Assembly (NCBI GenBank): GCA_963790025.1
Contig: CAWBMP010000004.1
Span: forward strand, 1,088,001-1,152,000
Direction of reading: 5' to 3'
Length of the DNA: 64,000 nt
Source: Nitrospirota bacterium
GTDB lineage: Bacteria > Nitrospirota > Thermodesulfovibrionia > Thermodesulfovibrionales > Dissulfurispiraceae
Shown piece after piece: positions 60,105 through 64,000 of the stretch. The stretch's first letter is position 1, and each line of letters starts with the position of its first letter. Below the pieces are notes generated by a model. It had not been told where the DNA came from and made no database searches. It saw nothing but the letters and a program-made list of their open reading frames with translations. A program made the position numbers and the translations under genes.

Positions 60105-62030
60105 TTACGATTTCCGGGCAGCTGGGCTGGATATTTTCAGAAAATTCAGTGCAGCTTTGTATATCCCTTCTTCATCGAGACCGTATTGTTTCCTCAGCAA
60201 CGCCTGCGTGCCGTGCTCCACGAATTCATCATCGATCCCGATACGGCATACCTCAACATTGTTCACTCGCCTCAGGTTCAAAAATTCAAGCACAGCAGAG
60301 CCGAAGCCCCCTGCAAGAACATTCTCCTCCACAGTGATTATCCGCTTTGTTCGCTCGCAAAGCGCCATTATCCCCTCCTCGTCCAGAGGCTTAATGAAAC
60401 GGGCATTGACTACGGAAGCATCGACATGATCGTTCTTCAACATTGCTGCTGCTTTCAGGGCCGGATACACTGAATTACCCACCGCAAGAAAGACAATGTC
60501 TTTTCCATCGGCAATGATCTCCGATTTCCCCATTTTCACTGCTGTAGGAAGCACACCCAGAAGGGTATAAGGACTCACCTTTCCCCGTGGATACCTCAGC
60601 ACGGCAGGGCCGTTATGCTTTAAAGCGAGCATGAGCATCCCTCTCATCTCATAACTGTCCTTGGGCGCCATAACTATCAGATTGGGAATATGCCTAAGGA
60701 AAGATATATCAAACAGTCCCTGATGGGTTGCTCCATCCTCTCCCACAATCCCGGCCCGATCAATGGCAAAGATAACCGGCAGGTTCTGGAGACACACGTC
60801 ATGAATAATCTCATCATAGGCCCGCTGAAGGAATGTGGAATATATGGCAACTACCGGCCTGAGTCCCTGGGTGGCGAGACCTGCCGCAAAAGTCGCAGCA
60901 TGAGGCTCTGCTATGCCTACATCGTAGAAACGGTCCGGGAACTTCTCCGCAAAGACAGCCAGTCCCGTCCCTTCCTTCATCGCAGCGCTGATCGCAACGA
61001 CGCGCTCATCCTTATCAGCGATATCAGTAAGGACCCGGCCGAAAAGATCACAAAATGGGATGCAGTCGTCATAAGACGGAACTACACCGACAGCAGCCTT
61101 ATCGGCCTGCGTCACTCCGGTGTCCACTTCAAAGGGACCGACGCCGTGAAATATGCATGGGTCTTCCTCGGAAAATTTGTACCCTTTGCCTTTTTTGGTC
61201 ACTACATGAATCAATACCGGTTCGTTTGTGCCCTTGATACTGCTAAATTTCTCTATAAGCAAAGGAATATCATGCCCGTCTATCGGCCCCAAATAGTTGA
61301 ATCCCAGGTCCTCGAACAGCCCGCCTGGAAGAAAGAACCCTTTCAGGCTCCCTTCCGCCCGCTCTGCTATCCTGGAGACGGTCTCTCCAATCCCGGGAAT
61401 CCCTTTAAGAAGGGCTCTGGTATCTTTTCTGAACTTTTGATAGAACAGACCTGACAATACCTTGCTCAGGTAATTTGAAAGCGCCCCGACGTTCTGGGAT
61501 ATGGACATTTCATTGTCATTAAGGACCACTATGAGATCTTTTTTCATATGTCCGGCCTGGTTAAGTCCCTCAAAGGCGAGTCCCGAGGTCATAGCGCCAT
61601 CCCCGATCACTGCAATCACCTTGAAGGATCCGCCATTCCTGTCCCGTCCTTCTGCAATCCCTAAGGCCGCGGATATGGAAGTGGAACTATGGCCGGTCCC
61701 AAATGCATCATGTTGGCTTTCAGCAATTTTCGGGAACCCTGATATCCCCTTGTATTTCCGAATAGTGGGGAAGTCACGGTACCTGCCGGTCAGGAGCTTG
61801 TGAGAATAAGACTGATGGCCGACATCCCATACTATCTTATCGACCGGAGAATTAAAAACGTAATGAAGCGCAATTGTGAGTTCAACTACTCCGAGGTTGG
61901 ATGCAAGGTGTCCTCCATTAATCGAGACCCTTTCTATAATCAGGGTGCGGAGTTCATCGGCGAGGGTATTAAGTTCTTCCGGTTTCAGCGATTTCATATC
62001 GCGCGGCGATTTTATATTTTCAATAAGCAT
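60105..62030 (-). CDS. dxs: 1-deoxy-D-xylulose-5-phosphate synthase
   Basis: GGHLASNLG, WDVGHQ, GDGA, DRAGIVGEDGATH. Confidence 0.98.
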   Translation of the reverse strand: MLIENIKSPRDMKSLKPEELNTLADELRTLIIERVSINGGHLASNLGVVELTIALHYVFNSPVDKIVWDVGHQSYSHKLLTGRYRDFPTIRKYKGISGFPKIAESQHDAFGTGHSSTSISAALGIAEGRDRNGGSFKVIAVIGDGAMTSGLAFEGLNQAGHMKKDLIVVLNDNEMSISQNVGALSNYLSKVLSGLFYQKFRKDTRALLKGIPGIGETVSRIAERAEGSLKGFFLPGGLFEDLGFNYLGPIDGHDIPLLIEKFSSIKGTNEPVLIHVVTKKGKGYKFSEEDPCIFHGVGPFEVDTGVTQADKAAVGVVPSYDDCIPFCDLFGRVLTDIADKDERVVAISAAMKEGTGLAVFAEKFPDRFYDVGIAEPHAATFAAGLATQGLRPVVAIYSTFLQRAYDEIIHDVCLQNLPVIFAIDRAGIVGEDGATHQGLFDISFLRHIPNLIVMAPKDSYEMRGMLMLALKHNGPAVLRYPRGKVSPYTLLGVLPTAVKMGKSEIIADGKDIVFLAVGNSVYPALKAAAMLKNDHVDASVVNARFIKPLDEEGIMALCERTKRIITVEENVLAGGFGSAVLEFLNLRRVNNVEVCRIGIDDEFVEHGTQALLRKQYGLDEEGIYKAALNFLKISSPAARKS

Positions 62031-62051
62031 TCCTTAGTCCTATGACACTTT

Positions 62052-62945
62052 TCAGCTTCTGCGTTCAAGCAGGTGCTGTGCAATGGCCCGTAATGCATCT
62101 GCGCTTTCATCAAATACATTCAGCGCGTCCAATGCCTTCTCAACCAGTTCTCTTGCCTTCCTTTTCGACTCCTCGATACCGTACAGTTTCGGATAAGTCA
62201 TCTTTTTTTTCTTTTCGTCCGAGCCAGCGGTCTTGCCCAGCAATTCCGTTTCTCCCTCAACATCAAGTATATCATCAATCACCTGAAATGCGATGCCTGT
62301 ATTCTGCCCATAGCTTTCCAGCCCGGCCAGCCGCCCCTCGCTGCAGCAGGCCAAAATACCTCCGGCTTTTACCGCAGCAGTGATGAGTGCAGCGGTTTTA
62401 CATCTATGAATAAAAGATAGAGTTTCGGCATCAGGATCTTCGTTTTCAGAAAGCAGGTCCTGCGCCTGTCCGCCCACCATGCCATATATGCCCGACCCGG
62501 CAGCAATTTCATTAATTACTTTTATAATAGCTGTTTGAGGAATAGAGGAAACCGCATGCCGTTTATGGGACAGCAGATAAAATGCCTCTGTCAGGAGGGC
62601 ATCGCCGGCGAGGACCGCCATCCCCTCACCGAAAACCTTATGGTTAGTGGGCTTGCCGCGTCTCAAGTCGTCATCGTCCATTGCCGGGAGGTCGTCGTGG
62701 ATTAATGAGTAGGTATGAATCAGTTCCAGAGCAGAAGCATAAGGGACCACCTCCTCCGTCTTTCCTCCGCAAGCCTCGTATGAGGCAAGACACAGAACAG
62801 GCCTGATCCTTTTACCGCCCGCAGAAAGCGAATAGACAATGGATTCCCGAAGCTTCTCAGGGACAGTCGATGACTCTGAAAAGTATGATTTCAAGAATGT
62901 ATCGACGAGGTCTTTTCTGGTCTTGAGGTAATTTTTTATGCCCAT
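62052..62945 (-). CDS. ispA: Farnesyl/geranylgeranyl diphosphate synthase
   Basis: GGKRIRP, HDDLPAMDDDDLRRG, FQVIDDILD. Confidence 0.93.
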   Translation of the reverse strand: MGIKNYLKTRKDLVDTFLKSYFSESSTVPEKLRESIVYSLSAGGKRIRPVLCLASYEACGGKTEEVVPYASALELIHTYSLIHDDLPAMDDDDLRRGKPTNHKVFGEGMAVLAGDALLTEAFYLLSHKRHAVSSIPQTAIIKVINEIAAGSGIYGMVGGQAQDLLSENEDPDAETLSFIHRCKTAALITAAVKAGGILACCSEGRLAGLESYGQNTGIAFQVIDDILDVEGETELLGKTAGSDEKKKKMTYPKLYGIEESKRKARELVEKALDALNVFDESADALRAIAQHLLERRS

Positions 62946-62950
62946 GCTCT

Positions 62951-64000
62951 TTACTCCCATTCAATAGTGCCGGGAGGCTTTGATGTTATGTCGTAAACAA
63001 CCCTGTTGACGCCTTTTACTTCATTGATTATTCTATTTGATATTCTCTCCAAAACCTCATGAGGAATCCTGGCCCAGTCAGCAGTCATACCGTCAAGGCT
63101 GGTTACCGCCCTTACAGCCACAACCTTTTCATACGTTCTTTCATCGCCCATGACCCCTACGCTTTTTATCGGAAGGATCACGGCAAACGCCTGCCATATG
63201 GACCGGTATAATCCAGCCAACCTTATCTCTTCAAGAACAATCGCATCCGATTCTCTCAGTATATCGAGCTTTTCTGCCGTCACTTCTCCGATGCACCGTA
63301 TGGCAAGTCCGGGACCTGGGAAGGGATGCCGCCAGCATATTTCCTCAGGAAGCCCCAACTCTTCACCCAATACGCGCACCTCATCCTTAAAAAGCTCCCT
63401 CAGAGGCTCAATAAGCTCTAATTTCATCATTTCCGGAAGCCCACCGACATTATGATGACTCTTTATAACTGCCGATGGTCCCTTGAAAGAAACGCTTTCA
63501 ATAACATCGGGATAAAGTGTCCCCTGGGCAAGATAATCAGCATCAGTTATCTTCCTGGCCTCCTCCTCAAAAACAGCGATAAATTCATTGCCGATTATCT
63601 TTCTCTTCAACTCCGGCTCGATAATGCCTGCAAGTTTATTAAGGAACCTCGCCTGGGCATCCACATAATCGAGTTTTATATGAAAATGGTCCCGGAAGGT
63701 CTTCAGCACCTTGTCCGCTTCCCCTTTCCTCAGAAGGCCGTTATCCACAAATACACAAGTAAGGCTATCGCCGATTGCCTTGTGGATAAGCACTGAGACA
63801 ACAGAAGAATCAACGCCGCCGCTCAAAGCGCAGACTACTTTCTTATTGCCGGCTTTTGCACGTATGTCAGCCACTGCCACTTCGATAAAAGAGGACATTT
63901 CCCAGGTGGGGCTGCAACCGCAAATAGTATGTACAAAATTCTGGAGTATTCTTGTCCCTTCATCGGTATGGACAACCTCGGGATGAAACTGAAGGGCGTA
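62951..64000 (-). CDS. guaA: GMP synthase (5' part outside window)
   Basis: [30 protein letters not shown]. Confidence 0.98.
   Translation of the reverse strand, partial: YALQFHPEVVHTDEGTRILQNFVHTICGCSPTWEMSSFIEVAVADIRAKAGNKKVVCALSGGVDSSVVSVLIHKAIGDSLTCVFVDNGLLRKGEADKVLKTFRDHFHIKLDYVDAQARFLNKLAGIIEPELKRKIIGNEFIAVFEEEARKITDADYLAQGTLYPDVIESVSFKGPSAVIKSHHNVGGLPEMMKLELIEPLRELFKDEVRVLGEELGLPEEICWRHPFPGPGLAIRCIGEVTAEKLDILRESDAIVLEEIRLAGLYRSIWQAFAVILPIKSVGVMGDERTYEKVVAVRAVTSLDGMTADWARIPHEVLERISNRIINEVKGVNRVVYDITSKPPGTIEWE

Noticed and set aside
62951..62980. guaA 3' end as an ICE attachment site
   Set aside because: No matching direct repeat found near the ICE region by eye; similar words at the nuoA and HNH ends are just EW codons.
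1..64000. CRISPR array, tRNA, rRNA
   Set aside because: No regularly spaced 25-40 nt repeats with unique spacers, no cloverleaf/T-loop signatures and no rRNA-like stretch seen.

Overview
This is a gene-dense bacterial chromosomal window. Gene content suggests an anaerobe of the Nitrospirota/Desulfobacterota type (inference only). Bases 1-7.7 kb are an ICE-like accessory region: the start of a conjugative mating-pair operon (RAQPRD-like, pilin, TraL/TraE/TraK-like), a tandem OB-fold protein, an orphan NarL-type regulator, a ParB-domain plus sigma70-like gene pair and a divergent multi-HTH repressor. No integrase or att site is visible. An oxidative/nitrosative-stress operon follows (FprA, rubrerythrin, octaheme HAO-like cytochrome, Fe-S flavoprotein, CMD, radical SAM/SPASM). 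Next come an 11-subunit complex I operon lacking nuoEFG and a secreted caspase-like protease module. The rest is housekeeping: trpC, rpsF-ssb-rpsR, nadD, proA, hisI, an NtrY/NtrX-like pair, der, split fumarate hydratase, hrcA-grpE-dnaK-dnaJ with a perfect CIRCE, ODC-speE, tlyA, dxs, ispA and partial guaA. A 1.5-kb islet between dxs and tlyA encodes a paralog of the ICE repressor and a small secreted protein, and shares an operator-like half-site with the ICE. Many intergenic regions carry inverted arrays of 7/8-nt repeats, and there are two MITE-like palindromic elements. I found no tRNA, rRNA or CRISPR array. All calls come from motif recognition by eye; no database searches were run.
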